Source: an uncultured Chloroflexia bacterium
GTDB taxonomy: Bacteria; Chloroflexota; UBA6077; JACCZL01
Direction: 5' to 3'
Length of the DNA: 64,000 bases
NCBI GenBank assembly: GCA_963765765.1
Contig: CAVXYC010000027.1
Coordinates: 160,001 to 224,000 of the forward strand
Shown here: in pieces, positions 33,873 through 45,820 of the stretch
How the letters are laid out: each line of letters starts with the position of its first letter
Position numbering within the stretch: the stretch's first letter is position 1
The notes under the pieces: model-generated
Database searches by the model: none
What the model saw: the letters and a program-made list of their open reading frames with translations, nothing else
Told to the model about the DNA's origin: nothing
Translations under genes and position numbers: made by a program

Positions 33873-35867
33873 TCACGCATCGAGAGTATAGGGAAGTCGG
33901 ACGGTGAATATGCTGCCACTTCCGAGCTTACTTTCGACGGTGACCTCTCCGCGATGTCGCTCGATGATGTACCTCACGCCCGTCAGTCCGATGCCCGCAC
34001 CGTCAATTCGACTGGAGACATTACTGGCTCTATAAAATCGATCGAATACGTTGGCCAGATCCGATTCAGGGATTCCCATCCCTTGATCGGAAACGCGTAT
34101 CAGGGCCCACGCACCGGTTTCATCCTTTTCCACGTCGATGGAAGTGGTGATGACCCCGCCCTCGGGACTGTATTTCACGGCGTTCGTGAGAAGATTGACG
34201 AGGACGCGCTCGATGCGATCGCGATCCCACTGGCCAGAAATCTTGTCAACGTTCGCGTCAACTTTGAGCTCATGTCGGTCGGTGGAAGCCCGCGTCTCCG
34301 CGACCGTCTCGCGGACCAGCGCCACAAGGTCAATGCGCTTGAGCTCGAGATCGATGGGACGGTCCATCTGCAACCGAGCCACATCTAACAGCTCATTCAC
34401 CATGCCCACAAGACGACTCGTGGCAATGTCGATCGCACGCAGACCATCGATCATTGCCGCCGATTCATCACTCCCAACACGCTCAGCCTGACGTTGTAAA
34501 AGCTGCGCGCGCGCCTTGACGATCGCCAACGGGTTCTTCAGATCGTGGGATGCCGCGGCCAGGAAGTCGTCCTTCTGGCGCTCCAGCTCCTTGAGTGCGG
34601 TGATGTCCTGAAATACGAGGACACCGCCAACGATGGCGCCATTTGAAGCTCGCACAGGAGCGCTATTGAGCAACACTGGGACACGCTCGTTCGTCGAGCC
34701 GTGCGGAAGTGTTATTTGCTCGCCGCGCACGATTTCTCCATCGCGCACCGATCGCACCAGCGCATAGCGTTCGAGCGGGCGCTCCTGTCCTTTGGGATCT
34801 ATACTTCCCATCGTTTGAAGCGCCCAGTGATCTTCAGGTGGCGGCACTCGTCCGAGTAACCCGCGGGCGGCTGCATTGCAGATCGTAACGGTTCCCGTCG
34901 CATTCACCACCAGAACGCACTCGGGAAGTACGTCTACCACTTGCTGAAGCTGATCTCGCGCGCGCTCCGCTTCAGCTCGCGCCGCGCGCTCTTCCAGCAG
35001 CCTCACGGCCTGGCGCTCGGCTTCTCGATGAGCAGTTACGTCCTGGGCAATGGCGACGAAACCAATCAGTGTGCGGTCAGCGCTGAGTCGCTGCTCAAGC
35101 GCAAGCGACACATCGAATCGACGACCCGCGCGAGAGATTCCTTCCAGACTGCCTTCAGCCCGACCGTTACGCTCCACTTCCCGAAGCAAAGCGTCCATTG
35201 ACTCGGTGCCCCCGATTGGCACCTCATGCAGCATCGAGAAGTGCGCTCGACCTACAACTTCAGCGGCATCGTATCCGTAGATTCGTCGGGCGCCCTCGTT
35301 CCACGCCACGACGTTCGCGTTGAGGTCTAAGGCGACGATTGCGAACCCAGTAGCACCCTCGAGGACGCTGTTGAGTAAGGCTGTTGTCTCGGCAAGCTCG
35401 TTCGCCTGTTGGCGAATCTGTTCGGTTTTGCGAAATAGGTCAATGAATACGGTGACTTTCGAGCGAAGGACATCGGGATCGAGCGGCTTGATGAGGTAGT
35501 CCACCGCGCCGATCGAATAGCCTTTGGCCACGTGAGATTCTCCGGTGATGGCCGCGGTGAGAAAGATGATCGGCGTGTGGCGGGACCGCTCGCGACCGCG
35601 AATAAGCTCGGCGGTTTCGAATCCATCCATCTCCGGCATCTGCACATCGAGGAGTATCACCGCGAAGTCATCCTGCAAGAGATGTTTGAGGGCCTGGGGT
35701 CCGGAATCGGCCCGAACGAGGCGGCGATCAGCAGCCGTGAGCAGCGACTCCAGCGCGGTGAGATTCTTCGGCTCGTCATCCACGAGCAGAATATTGACCA
35801 CCCTCGGTTCGGAGATCCCCGGCCTCTGGCTTAAGCCATCTCGAAGCTCGACATCGGTTGGAATCAT
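33873..35867 (-). CDS. Hybrid REC-PAS-PAS histidine kinase
   Basis: ILLVDD..LDVQMP; PAS; SHDLKNPL; NAVKY; DQGMG; GIGL. Confidence 0.93.
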   Translation of the reverse strand: MIPTDVELRDGLSQRPGISEPRVVNILLVDDEPKNLTALESLLTAADRRLVRADSGPQALKHLLQDDFAVILLDVQMPEMDGFETAELIRGRERSRHTPIIFLTAAITGESHVAKGYSIGAVDYLIKPLDPDVLRSKVTVFIDLFRKTEQIRQQANELAETTALLNSVLEGATGFAIVALDLNANVVAWNEGARRIYGYDAAEVVGRAHFSMLHEVPIGGTESMDALLREVERNGRAEGSLEGISRAGRRFDVSLALEQRLSADRTLIGFVAIAQDVTAHREAERQAVRLLEERAARAEAERARDQLQQVVDVLPECVLVVNATGTVTICNAAARGLLGRVPPPEDHWALQTMGSIDPKGQERPLERYALVRSVRDGEIVRGEQITLPHGSTNERVPVLLNSAPVRASNGAIVGGVLVFQDITALKELERQKDDFLAAASHDLKNPLAIVKARAQLLQRQAERVGSDESAAMIDGLRAIDIATSRLVGMVNELLDVARLQMDRPIDLELKRIDLVALVRETVAETRASTDRHELKVDANVDKISGQWDRDRIERVLVNLLTNAVKYSPEGGVITTSIDVEKDETGAWALIRVSDQGMGIPESDLANVFDRFYRASNVSSRIDGAGIGLTGVRYIIERHRGEVTVESKLGSGSIFTVRLPYTLDA

Positions 35868-36697
35868 GACATTCGCCGAAATGTTCCGGCGGGACCGTAT
35901 TGCTGATATCGCATGCCGCTATCAACGCTGGGCGCCTGCTCGGCTTCGCCGAGGCTCAGGAAACCTAGCCGTACCAGGCTTCCACGGAGCAGCTCAATTA
36001 CACGATTCCCCACCGCGGGGTCGAGCATGGAGAACACGTCGCGACACACGATGACGTGGAATTCATTGAACACGCCGTCAGTCATGACGTTGTGCTGAGC
36101 GAAAATCATATTTCGACGCAAAGATGGATCAAATTCCACGTGATCCTGCCCTACCGTGTAATAGTCACGCAATGAAAAGTGACCGCCGGACTCCCGATAT
36201 CCCGCATCCGATCGGGCCAGCGACGCAAGATCGAATACACCCTCACGGGCACGCCGAAGTCCCCTGTCGTCACTATCAGTCGCATAGAGACGGCATCGTT
36301 CGTAAAGACCTGCTTCTCGAAAAAGGATGGCCATAGCGTAGACGTTCTCGCCCGCCCCGCAGTCCATGTGCCAGATTCGGATGAACGGATACGTTCTCAA
36401 CAACGGAACGATGCTTATGAGGAAACTGCGATAGAAATCGGGGTCGTGAAAGATTTGCCGCTGAGGACGAGTGAGCCGCCGGATGAGCCGATCTCGAGAG
36501 CTCGAGTCGTGCAGGAGTTTCTCGCGAAGTCCTCTCGTGGTTTCGAGCCCCTCTCCAAGCACCTGCTCACGAAGCTGACTTCTCAGGTGGACGACATCCA
36601 GCGATCCTGGATCGAACCCTCCGCTTTCGCGCAAGACATCGATAATCTCGGACTCGGTGCTATCCAGCACGCTGGTCACGTGAAGCTGCTTCACCAT
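35864..36697 (-). CDS. cheR: CheR-family methyltransferase (degenerate motifs)
   Basis: FHDPDFY, PFIRIWH, LYATD, FAQHN..DGVFNEF. Confidence 0.75.
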   Translation of the reverse strand: MVKQLHVTSVLDSTESEIIDVLRESGGFDPGSLDVVHLRSQLREQVLGEGLETTRGLREKLLHDSSSRDRLIRRLTRPQRQIFHDPDFYRSFLISIVPLLRTYPFIRIWHMDCGAGENVYAMAILFREAGLYERCRLYATDSDDRGLRRAREGVFDLASLARSDAGYRESGGHFSLRDYYTVGQDHVEFDPSLRRNMIFAQHNVMTDGVFNEFHVIVCRDVFSMLDPAVGNRVIELLRGSLVRLGFLSLGEAEQAPSVDSGMRYQQYGPAGTFRRMS

Positions 36698-36709
36698 CGT
36701 TCAGCACCG

Positions 36710-39700
36710 CTACCGATACAGCCAAACCCGCATAAGTGAGATGAGCTGATCAATGTCGACCGGCTTGGTGATGTAGTCGGATGCGCCGGCCTCAATGCAC
36801 TTCTCTCGGTCCCCCTTCATCGCCTTGGCGGTAAGAGCAATGATCGGCAGATTGGCAAATCGGTCGTCAGTCCGAATATGCTGGGTCGTTTCGAATCCGT
36901 CCATCTCCGGCATCATGATATCCATGAGGACGATATCGGCGGGTTCGTCGGACTGAAGCGCTTCGATACCGTCACGACCGTTCTCAGCGTACGAGATATG
37001 CATCCCGTAGCGCTCCAGGGCACTCGTGAGCGCAAAGATGTTCCTCATATCGTCATCAATGATCAGCACGCTTCGACCTTGCAGGGCCGGATCAAGCCGC
37101 TGAGCGTCTCTGAGGAGCTTTCGCTTTGACTCGGGAAGACGCGCCTCAACACGGTGCAGGAACAGCGCCGTTTCATCGAGCAATCGCTCCGGAGACTTGA
37201 CGTCCTTCACGATGATGGTCTCTGCAAGTGAGCGCAGCTCGGATTCTTCCGCGCGTGTAAGCTCCTTGCCCGTGTACACAACGATAGGAACTGCGACATC
37301 GACATCGTTCTTGATCCGCTGTATGAGCTCAAACCCCGTCATGTCCGGCAGTCCGAGATCGAGCACAACGCAATCAAAGCGCTCATCGGACAGCGCTTGA
37401 AGTGCTTCGGCACCGGTCTGAACGCCGACCACTCGAACATCATCATCGGCAATAAGCGAGATGATCGCGTTCCGCTGAATGTCATGGTCCTCCACCACCA
37501 GCAGGCTACGAAGATCTCGATCTACGAATCCGATAAGCCGATCGAACGCGGCGCCCAGCGTCTCTTTCGTCACCGGCTTCTGGAGATGCGCGATGGCTCC
37601 CTCCTGTAGCGCCCGCTGCTGGTGCTCGTTCGCAGTGATCACGTGAACGGGAATATGCCTGGTAAACGGATCGTGCTTGAGGAGATCTAGAACCTTCCAT
37701 CCGCCCAGCTCAGGAAGCTGGATGTCCAGCGTGATGGCATCGGGTTGATATTCACGCGCCAGCGTCAACCCGACTCGGCCGTCCAGGGCGACGAGGCCGA
37801 GGAAACCCCTCTCTCGCGCAGCAGTCAGAAGAATGCGGGCGAACGCGGCGTCGTCCTCAATGATGAGGAGCACACGATCACCCGCGTTAATCTTGGCACG
37901 ATCGTCATCGAAGTGAGGCGCTTTATCATCCGGCGGGCCGTCACCATCCGAGGTGACGGCACCAGATTGCTGACCACGCGCTGCGGGCAGAACCGGCGTC
38001 CGGTTCGAGCACCGGCGCCGTTCGGCCACGATGATCGCGATGCGGGTCACTCGAGATAGATTCAGGTCGATTCACCACCGCGACGGGCTCTAACGATATT
38101 GGGATATAGAGGGTAAACGTGCTGCCCTGATTGCTGTGGCTAACGAGTCCGATCTCGCCACCCAGCAGCATGGCGATCTCGCGGCTGATGGACAGGCCCA
38201 AGCCGGTGCCGCCGAATCGGCGACTCGTATCCATGTCAGCCTGCTGGAATGCTTCGAAGATGGTTGACTGCTTTTCAGGCGGAATTCCGATTCCGGTATC
38301 CCTCACAGAGAACGCTACGACCGAACGCGCCCGGTTGAGGGTCTCCTGGCTCTCACTCCAACCGCCATCGGCCAGACCGATACGGAGATGTACTCCACCT
38401 GTGTCGGTGAACTTGAATGCGTTGGACAACAAGTTTTTTAAGACTTGCTGGAGTCTGGTAGCGTCGGTCCAGAGGGCCGTGGGCAGGGCAGGGTCCACTT
38501 CAACGTCGAAGTCCAGCGCACGTTGCAACGCTACCTGGCGGAATGTCCGTTCCACCTCATCTCTGATCTCGGCGAACCGAACCTGACCGATATCGATGGC
38601 CGTTGTGCCAGATTCGATCTTGGAGAGATCAAGGATGTCGTTGATCAGGGTAAGGAGGTCATCACCCGCCGACCGAATCGTCTCCGCGAATTCAACCTGC
38701 TTCGGCGTGAGGTTGCCGTCGGGATTATCCGCGAGCTGCTGCGACAGGATCAGAAGGCTGTTGAGCGGGGTTCGCAGCTCATGCGACATGTTCGCCAGGA
38801 ACTGCGATTTGTATTTCGACGTCAGCGCGAGCTGCTCGGCTTTGAGCTCCAGATCGCGACGCGCCTCCTCGATCTCGCGACGACGGCGCTCCACCTCTTC
38901 ATTTTGCTCGGAGAGTAGTCGCGCCTTTTCTTCTAGCTCGAGGTTCGTTTGCTGAAGCTCTTGCGTGAGTGCCTGCGACTGCTTGAGAAGCTCCTCGGTA
39001 CGCAGGTTAGCGACAAGCGTGTTGAGCACGATCCCGATGCTCTCGGCGAGCTGGTCGAGCAGCGAAAGGTGCGACTCGCTGAAGGGCTCGAACGAGGCCA
39101 GCTCGATGACGGCGCGGGTTTCCCCTTCGAAGAGCGCCGGAAGCACCACGATGTTCAGCGGAGCCGCTTCGCCGAGGCCGGAGCTCACACGGATGTAGTC
39201 CGCCGGCAGGTTAGTGAGCAACATGCGCTTGTGCTCTCGGGCACACTGACCAACCAGCCCCTCGCCGAGCTTGAAGTACCGCGGGAGATCGTCACGCCCC
39301 TGGTAGGCGTAGCTTGCAAGGAGGTTCAGGGTTGGCTCGCCATCGATGATCTCGTTGAGATAAAACGCGCCGTGCTGAACCCCGACTAGGGGAGCAAGCT
39401 CAGAGAGAATGAGCCGGCCCACCGTCTGAAGGTCCCGCTGGCCTTGCAGTAGGCTACTGAACCTGGCGAGATTGGTGTTGAGCCAGTCCTGCGCGGTGTT
39501 CTTCTGCGTCGTATCACGCAGATTGCGGATCATCTCGTTGATGTTGTCCTTCAGCAATGCCACTTCACCCTCGGCTTCCACCTGAATAGAGCGCGAGAGG
39601 TCGCCTGAGGTGACCGCGGTTGCCACCTCGCCAATAGCCCGAAGCTGGGTGGTCAGAGTGGCCGCTAGCTGATTCACGTTGTCCGTGAGATCGCGCCACG

Positions 39701-42700
39701 TGCCTGCGGCGCCAGGAACATTGGCCTGGCCGCCCAACTTGCCTTCAGTACCCACCTCACGGGCCACGGTCGTGACCTGGTCGGCAAAGGTGGCCAACGT
39801 CTCAGTCATGCTGTTGATCGTGTCCGCCAGCTCAACGATTTCGCCCTTAGCTTCGAACGTCAGCTTGCGCTTCAGATCGCCGTTGGCCACAGCCGTTACG
39901 ACGCGAGCAATACCACGGACTTGTTCCGTAAGATTGCCGGCCATCGTATTCACGGAGTCGGTCAGGTCTTTCCAGGTGCCGGCCACCCCGCGCACCTGGG
40001 CCTGACCTCCGAGTCTGCCTTCCGAGCCCACCTCGCGAGCCACGCGGGTGACCTCTGATGCAAACGAGTTGAGCTGGTCGACCATCGTATTGATGGTGTC
40101 TTTCAGCTCGAGGATCTCCCCGCGCACATCCACGGTGATCTTCTTGGAAAGGTCGCCGTTCGCCACGGCCGTGGTCACAGTGGCAATATTGCGAACCTGG
40201 CTGGTCAAATTTCCGGCCATCATGTTGACCGAGTCGGTAAGGTCCTTCCAGGTGCCAGCAACGCCAGGTACGTTGGCCTGGCCGCCCAGACGGCCGTCCG
40301 TACCGACCTCGCGAGCCACGCGGGTGACCTCCCACGCAAATGCGTTGAGCTGATCGACCATCGTATTGATGGTGTCCTTCAGCTCCAGGATCTCCCCGCG
40401 CACATCCACGGTAATCTTCTTCGAGAGGTCGCCATTGGCCACGGCCGTGGTCACCTCGGCAATATTGCGAACCTGTCCAGTGAGATTACCGGCCATCATA
40501 TTCACGGAGTCGGTGAGGTCTTTCCAGGTGCCTCCCACTCCACGAACATCGGCCTGGCCGCCGAGCTTGCCTTCGGAGCCCACCTCGCGAGCAACGCGCG
40601 TGACTTCGGACGCGAATGCATTGAGCTGATCGACCATCGTATTGATGGTGTCTTTCAGCTCGAGAATCTCACCCCGCACGTCGACCGTGATCTTCTTGGA
40701 GAGGTCTCCATTAGCCACGGCGGTGGTGACTTCGGCAATGTTTCTCACCTGGCTCGTGAGATTTCCCGCCATGGTGTTCACCGAATCGGTGAGGTCTTTC
40801 CAGGTACCAGCTACGCCACGGACCTGCGCCTGCCCGCCCAGTTTGCCTTCGGAGCCTACCTCGCGGGCGACACGTGTCACCTCGGAGGCGAAGCCGTTGA
40901 GCTGGTCCACCATCGTATTGATGGTGTTCTTCAGCTCCAGAATCTCGCCGCGCACGTCCACCGTGATCTTCTTGGAGAGGTCGCCGTTAGCCACGGCCGT
41001 CGTGACGTCAGCGATGTTGCGGACCTGACTGGTCAGGTTGCCGGCCATCATGTTCACCGAGTCAGTCAGGTCCTTCCACGTTCCGGCGACGCCGGGAACG
41101 TCCGCCTGACCACCGAGCTTGCCTTCCGAGCCGACTTCTCGAGCAACGCGCGTGACTTCAGAAGCGAAGCCGTTGAGCTGGTCGACCATCGTGTTGATGG
41201 TGTCTTTCAACTCCAGGATCTCTCCGCGCACATCCACCGTGATCTTCTTGGAGAGATCGCCGTTGGCCACCGCGGTGGTCACGTCGGCGATGTTCCGCAC
41301 CTGGCTAGTTAAGTTACCGGCCATCGTATTCACGGAGTCGGTGAGATCCTTCCACGTCCCGCCGACATCGCGAACGTCGGCCTGGCCGCCCAGCTTGCCC
41401 TCCGAGCCTACCTCGCGTGCCACGCGCGTCACCTCGGACGCGAATGCGTTGAGCTGATCCACCATCGTGTTGATGGTGTCTTTCAGCTCCAGAATCTCCC
41501 CCCGCACATCCACCGTGATCTTCTTGGAGAGATCGCCGTTCGCGACAGCCGTAGTCACTTCCGCGATGTTCCGTACCTGGCTGGTCAGGTTGCCGGCCAT
41601 CATATTCACGGAGTCGGTGAGGTCTTTCCAGGTGCCTCCGACACCTCGAACATCGGCCTGGCCGCCTAGCTTTCCCTCCGAGCCGACTTCGCGCGCTACC
41701 CGGGTGACTTCCGAAGCGAACCCATTGAGCTGATCGACCATTGTATTGATGGTGTTTTTGAGCTCGAGGATTTCTCCGCGCACGTCCACCGTGATCTTCT
41801 TGGAAAGATCGCCATTAGCGACGGCGGTCGTGACTTCGGCAATGTTGCGCACCTGGCTGGTCAGGTTGCCGCCCATGGTATTGACGGAGTCGGTGAGGTC
41901 TTTCCAGGTTCCGGCTACCCCGCGCACTTCGGCTTGACCACCGAGCTTGCCTTCCGAGCCGACTTCTCGAGCAACGCGCGTCACTTCTGATGCAAATGAG
42001 TTGAGCTGATCCACCATCGTGTTGATGGTGTCTTTCAGCTCCAGGATCTCTCCCCGCACATCCACCGTAATCTTCTTGGAGAGGTCGCCGTTCGCGACAG
42101 CCGTGGTCACTTCGGCGATGTTCCGTACTTGCGCGGTGAGATTGCCGGCCATCATGTTGACCGAGTCGGTGAGGTCCTTCCAGGTGCCACCGACGCCGCG
42201 CACATCCGCCTGACCGCCGAGCTTCCCTTCGGATCCGACCTCGCGTGCCACGCGCGTCACCTCGGACGCGAATGCGTTGAGCTGATCCACCATCGTGTTG
42301 ATGGTGTCTTTCAGCTCCAGGATCTCTCCACGCACATCCACCGTAATCTTCTTCGAGAGGTCGCCGTTGGCAACGGCGGTGGTCACCTCAGCGATGTTCC
42401 GTACCTGGCTGGTCAGGTTGCCGGCCATCATGTTCACCGAGTCGGTGAGGTCTTTCCAGGTACCCGCGACGCCGGCCACGCTGGCCTGTCCGCCCAGCTT
42501 GCCCTCAGATCCAACTTCGCGAGCCACCCGAGTCACTTCCGACGCGAAGGAGTTGAGCTGATCGACCATTGCGTTTACGGTCTTGCTGGAGCGGAGAAAC
42601 TCGCCCTTCAGGGGGCGCCCATCAATCTCATCGGCCATGCGCTGCGAAAGGTCGCCGCGCGCTACTGCTCCGAGCACGCGACCGACTTCAACGGTGGGCT

Positions 42701-43007
42701 TGGTCAGATCGTCGATCAACAGATTGACGTTCTGGACATTGCCGGCCCAGGCTCCCCCAACCTCACCAAGCGTGGCGCGCTGGCCGATGCGTCCATCGCG
42801 TCCTACCACCTTCGATATGCGCTCCAGCTCTTTAGCGGTGCGTTGATTCAATCCCACCAGGTCATTGAAGGCCGTGGCGATCTCACCGGAAATACCCGTG
42901 TGGCTGAGCGGCAGGCGGACGGAAAAGTCGCCGCGTTGTACTGAACGAAGCGCCGCGAGCAATTGTCGTTGATCAAGTTCGTCAGAGAGCGCTACGGCCG
43001 TGGACAC
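36710..43007 (-). CDS. Poly-HAMP/GAF hybrid histidine kinase with three receiver domains (frameshift near 38045)
   Basis: About 11 x 92-aa HAMP repeats, [23 protein letters not shown], then three REC domains in ORF 36710-38050. Confidence 0.92.
39600..42580 (-). repeat. 276-bp tandem HAMP-coding repeats
   Basis: [10 protein letters not shown]-type unit recurs 11 times with 92-aa period; copies differ at synonymous sites. Confidence 0.93.
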
Positions 43008-43238
43008 ACTTCCCCTCCGTGGATCGCCGTGCGCGGCGATGGGAACATGCTTATCAGCGTACAGACGGAAAATAGGGGAATCAACATGACTGTGAGAACG
43101 TTCGCGCTAGTAGAGATGCGGTTGGGCTAAGAGCGGCGGATTTTGGCTCGCAACCCAGATCGAAGTACACTGACATTAGTACATACATAACTTTCGTAGA
43201 TGGGCATTCGTAACTGCCCCTAGTGTTAAGGAGAAATC

Positions 43239-44222
43239 GTGGCCAAGGTCGTAATGGGGCTCGGGACTGCCCATAGTCCGATGCTGAGCACTCCCCCAGA
43301 CATTTATCCGCTGCACGCGGAGCGCGACATGGGCAATCCTGAACTGCTCTGGAAAGACGGCAAGTTCTATTCATATGAAGAGCTCCTCGAGAAAGTACCT
43401 GCAAATATGCAGGAGCTCATTTCGATGGACCGTTGGAATGAGCGTCACGAGGCATCGCAGCGAGCCATTGACCGCGTTGGTGATCTGCTGCGCGAGGCAA
43501 ACCCAGATGTGGTAGTCATCGTTGGTGACGATCAGGAAGAGTTCTTCTTCGAAGACAATCGACCGTCGATCTCTATCTTCCATGGCGACAAGCTCATCAA
43601 CCACGCCCATGACTTCTCCACACTGCCACCGTCGTTCCAAGCGGCTGCGTGGGGCTGGTACTCCGAAACAGAAGAGTCCTACCAGTGCCATCCCGAGCTC
43701 GCCACGCACATTGTGAAGAGCCTTGTCGCCGAGGACTTCGACGTTTCCACAATGAAAATGCAGCCCGAGAAGTACTCAGTGGGTCACGCTTTCAGCTTTG
43801 TTGAGCGGCGCATCATGAAAGATCACCGCATCCCCATCGTGCCGGTGATGCTCAATACCTTCTATCCGCCGAATCAGCCGAATGCCAAACGCTGCTTCAA
43901 TCTTGGCCAGGGCATCCGCCGGGCGATCGAAAGCTGGGACTCGCATCAAAAGGTCCTGGTCATGGCCTCAGGCGGCCTGAGCCACTTCGTGGTACTCGAG
44001 GAGCTGGACCGGATGGTCATCGACGCGTTCGAAGCCAAGGATTGGTCCAGGGTGACCAGCATTCCGGAGACGATGTTTCAGTCCGGAACTTCGGAAATCA
44101 AGAACTGGATTACCGTGGCCGGAGCACTGCAGGATCGAAGCTTCGAGCTCATCGAGTACGTCGCCGGCTACCGATCACCCGCCGGAACCGGTGGCGGCTG
44201 GACCTGGGCGCAGTGGAAATAG
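43239..44222 (+). CDS. LigB-type extradiol ring-cleavage dioxygenase
   Basis: TAHSP, GDDQ.E, GHAF, NTFYPPNQP, SGGLSHF, SGTSEIKNW. Confidence 0.88.
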   Translation: MAKVVMGLGTAHSPMLSTPPDIYPLHAERDMGNPELLWKDGKFYSYEELLEKVPANMQELISMDRWNERHEASQRAIDRVGDLLREANPDVVVIVGDDQEEFFFEDNRPSISIFHGDKLINHAHDFSTLPPSFQAAAWGWYSETEESYQCHPELATHIVKSLVAEDFDVSTMKMQPEKYSVGHAFSFVERRIMKDHRIPIVPVMLNTFYPPNQPNAKRCFNLGQGIRRAIESWDSHQKVLVMASGGLSHFVVLEELDRMVIDAFEAKDWSRVTSIPETMFQSGTSEIKNWITVAGALQDRSFELIEYVAGYRSPAGTGGGWTWAQWK

Positions 44223-44256
44223 GTCATCGGCAAAGCCGCTGAGCACAATAACGTGA

Positions 44257-44283
44257 AGGGAGGGGCACTGCCCCTCCGTTTTT
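44257..44283 (+). terminator. Intrinsic terminator
   Basis: GGAGGGGC-ACT-GCCCCTCC-GTTTT. Confidence 0.7.
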
Positions 44284-44432
44284 ATGTCACCTCATCGCGG
44301 GAATGGGAGGTCTCCAAGGCTCTATACTGCGCAGGCAATCTGCCCGCGTGAGAGACTGAAGAGAGGCATTGTCCGCAATGTGCCGCTCGCCTCGTGCCAC
44401 GCAGTGGCCGTGTACTGATTGAAGGAGGAGGT

Positions 44433-45098
44433 ATGGCAGCGACGACCGAGAATCTCGTCGAGCGACTACTCAAGCTCGATACCTGCGTCGTTTCAGACAC
44501 ACTCGACAAGCTCGGGATCAACGGTGCGGTCATCGGACTTCAGCCTATGTGGCATTGCCCCAAAATTCCCGGGCCAGTTGTGACGGTGAAGCTCAAGACC
44601 AAGGGCGATGAGCCACCGATCCGGCATCTGTGCACAGCGGCGGTTGAGACTTCGAAGCCAGGCGACATCATCGTGATCGATCACGCCGGCCGTGACTACG
44701 CCGCCGGATGGGGTGGCATTCTCTCCCAGGCCGCCAAGGTGAAAGGCGTCGCGGGAGTGATCTGCGATGGCGCCATCCGCGATCTGGACGAGAGTCATGA
44801 GATCCGTTTCCCCGTGTATGCGAAGTGCGCCGTATCGGTAACAGCGCGCGGTCGAATCGTTGAGGAAGACTTCAACATTCCAGTAAGCATCGGCCGCGTG
44901 TCGGTTTCCCCAGGCGATATAGCATTCGCCGATGGAAGCGGAACCGTCTTCTTGCCGAAAGCACGGGCAGAGGAAGTAGTGAACGAGGCGGAAGCCATGG
45001 CGGCACGCGAAGCGGCAATGACCCGCGACGTGCAAGCTGGCAAATCCGTCGTGGAAGTTATGGGCACCAACTACGAGCAAATGACAGGAGCACATTGA
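44433..45098 (+). CDS. RraA family / HMG aldolase-like protein
   Basis: VSDTLD, WGGIL, DGAIRD, PGD..FAD.SG. Confidence 0.88.
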   Translation: MAATTENLVERLLKLDTCVVSDTLDKLGINGAVIGLQPMWHCPKIPGPVVTVKLKTKGDEPPIRHLCTAAVETSKPGDIIVIDHAGRDYAAGWGGILSQAAKVKGVAGVICDGAIRDLDESHEIRFPVYAKCAVSVTARGRIVEEDFNIPVSIGRVSVSPGDIAFADGSGTVFLPKARAEEVVNEAEAMAAREAAMTRDVQAGKSVVEVMGTNYEQMTGAH

Positions 45099-45751
45099 TG
45101 GCAGATCCGATCATCGAGGAATTCAAACGACTTCCGACCGCCGCCGTGTCGGACGCAATCGACCGTGTGGGCATCCACGGCGTCGCCCTCGGCATCAAGC
45201 CTCTGACCCCGAGCTTCAAGCTCTGTGGCCGCGCGTTCACCCTGCAGTACCGGCCGATCGGTTACGTTGAGAAGGGCACCGTTGGCGACTACATCGACGA
45301 TGTGCCCGCGGGAGATGTCGTAGTCCTGGACAATGGCGGCCGCCTGGATGCCACTGTCTGGGGAGACATTCTGACGCTGACGGCGCAAAAACGCGGCGTG
45401 GCGGGCACGGTCATTGACGGCGTCTGCCGTGACGTAGCGCGCGCTATCGAGGTCAACTACCCTATTTACAGCCGCAGCCACACCATGCGAACGGGCAAGG
45501 ATCGCGTTGAGGTGGTGGATGTCAACGTGCCGGTAGGACTCAACGACGTGCAGGTCCGCCCTGGCGATCTGCTCATCGGCGATGCCGATGGCATCGTGGT
45601 AATCCCGTGGTCCCGTGCTGAGGAAGTACTGAAAATCGCGCTCGAGATCGAAGTCGCGGAAAAGGCGATAGAGGAAGAAGTGCTCAAGGGCACGTCGCTC
45701 CGCGAAGCGCGCGTGAAGTTCCGCTACCACTCCCTACAAACCAAAGCCTGA
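45098..45751 (+). CDS. RraA family / HMG aldolase-like protein
   Basis: VSDAID, WGDIL, DGVCRD, PGDLLIGDADG; TGATG coupling to the upstream gene. Confidence 0.88.
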   Translation: MADPIIEEFKRLPTAAVSDAIDRVGIHGVALGIKPLTPSFKLCGRAFTLQYRPIGYVEKGTVGDYIDDVPAGDVVVLDNGGRLDATVWGDILTLTAQKRGVAGTVIDGVCRDVARAIEVNYPIYSRSHTMRTGKDRVEVVDVNVPVGLNDVQVRPGDLLIGDADGIVVIPWSRAEEVLKIALEIEVAEKAIEEEVLKGTSLREARVKFRYHSLQTKA

Positions 45752-45768
45752 TGCTCGGGTAGCGAATT

Positions 45769-45808
45769 AAAAAGGGCATCCGTGCAACTGCACGGATGCC
45801 CTTTTTTG
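45769..45808. terminator. Bidirectional intrinsic terminator
   Basis: AAAAGGGCATCCGTGCA-AC-TGCACGGATGCCCTTTTTT. Confidence 0.9.
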
Positions 45809-45820
45809 CTACTGGATGTA

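Noticed and set aside
39600-42580. Regular repeats as CRISPR array or assembly duplication
   Set aside because: 276-bp in-frame coding period with synonymous variation; no unique spacers or cas genes.
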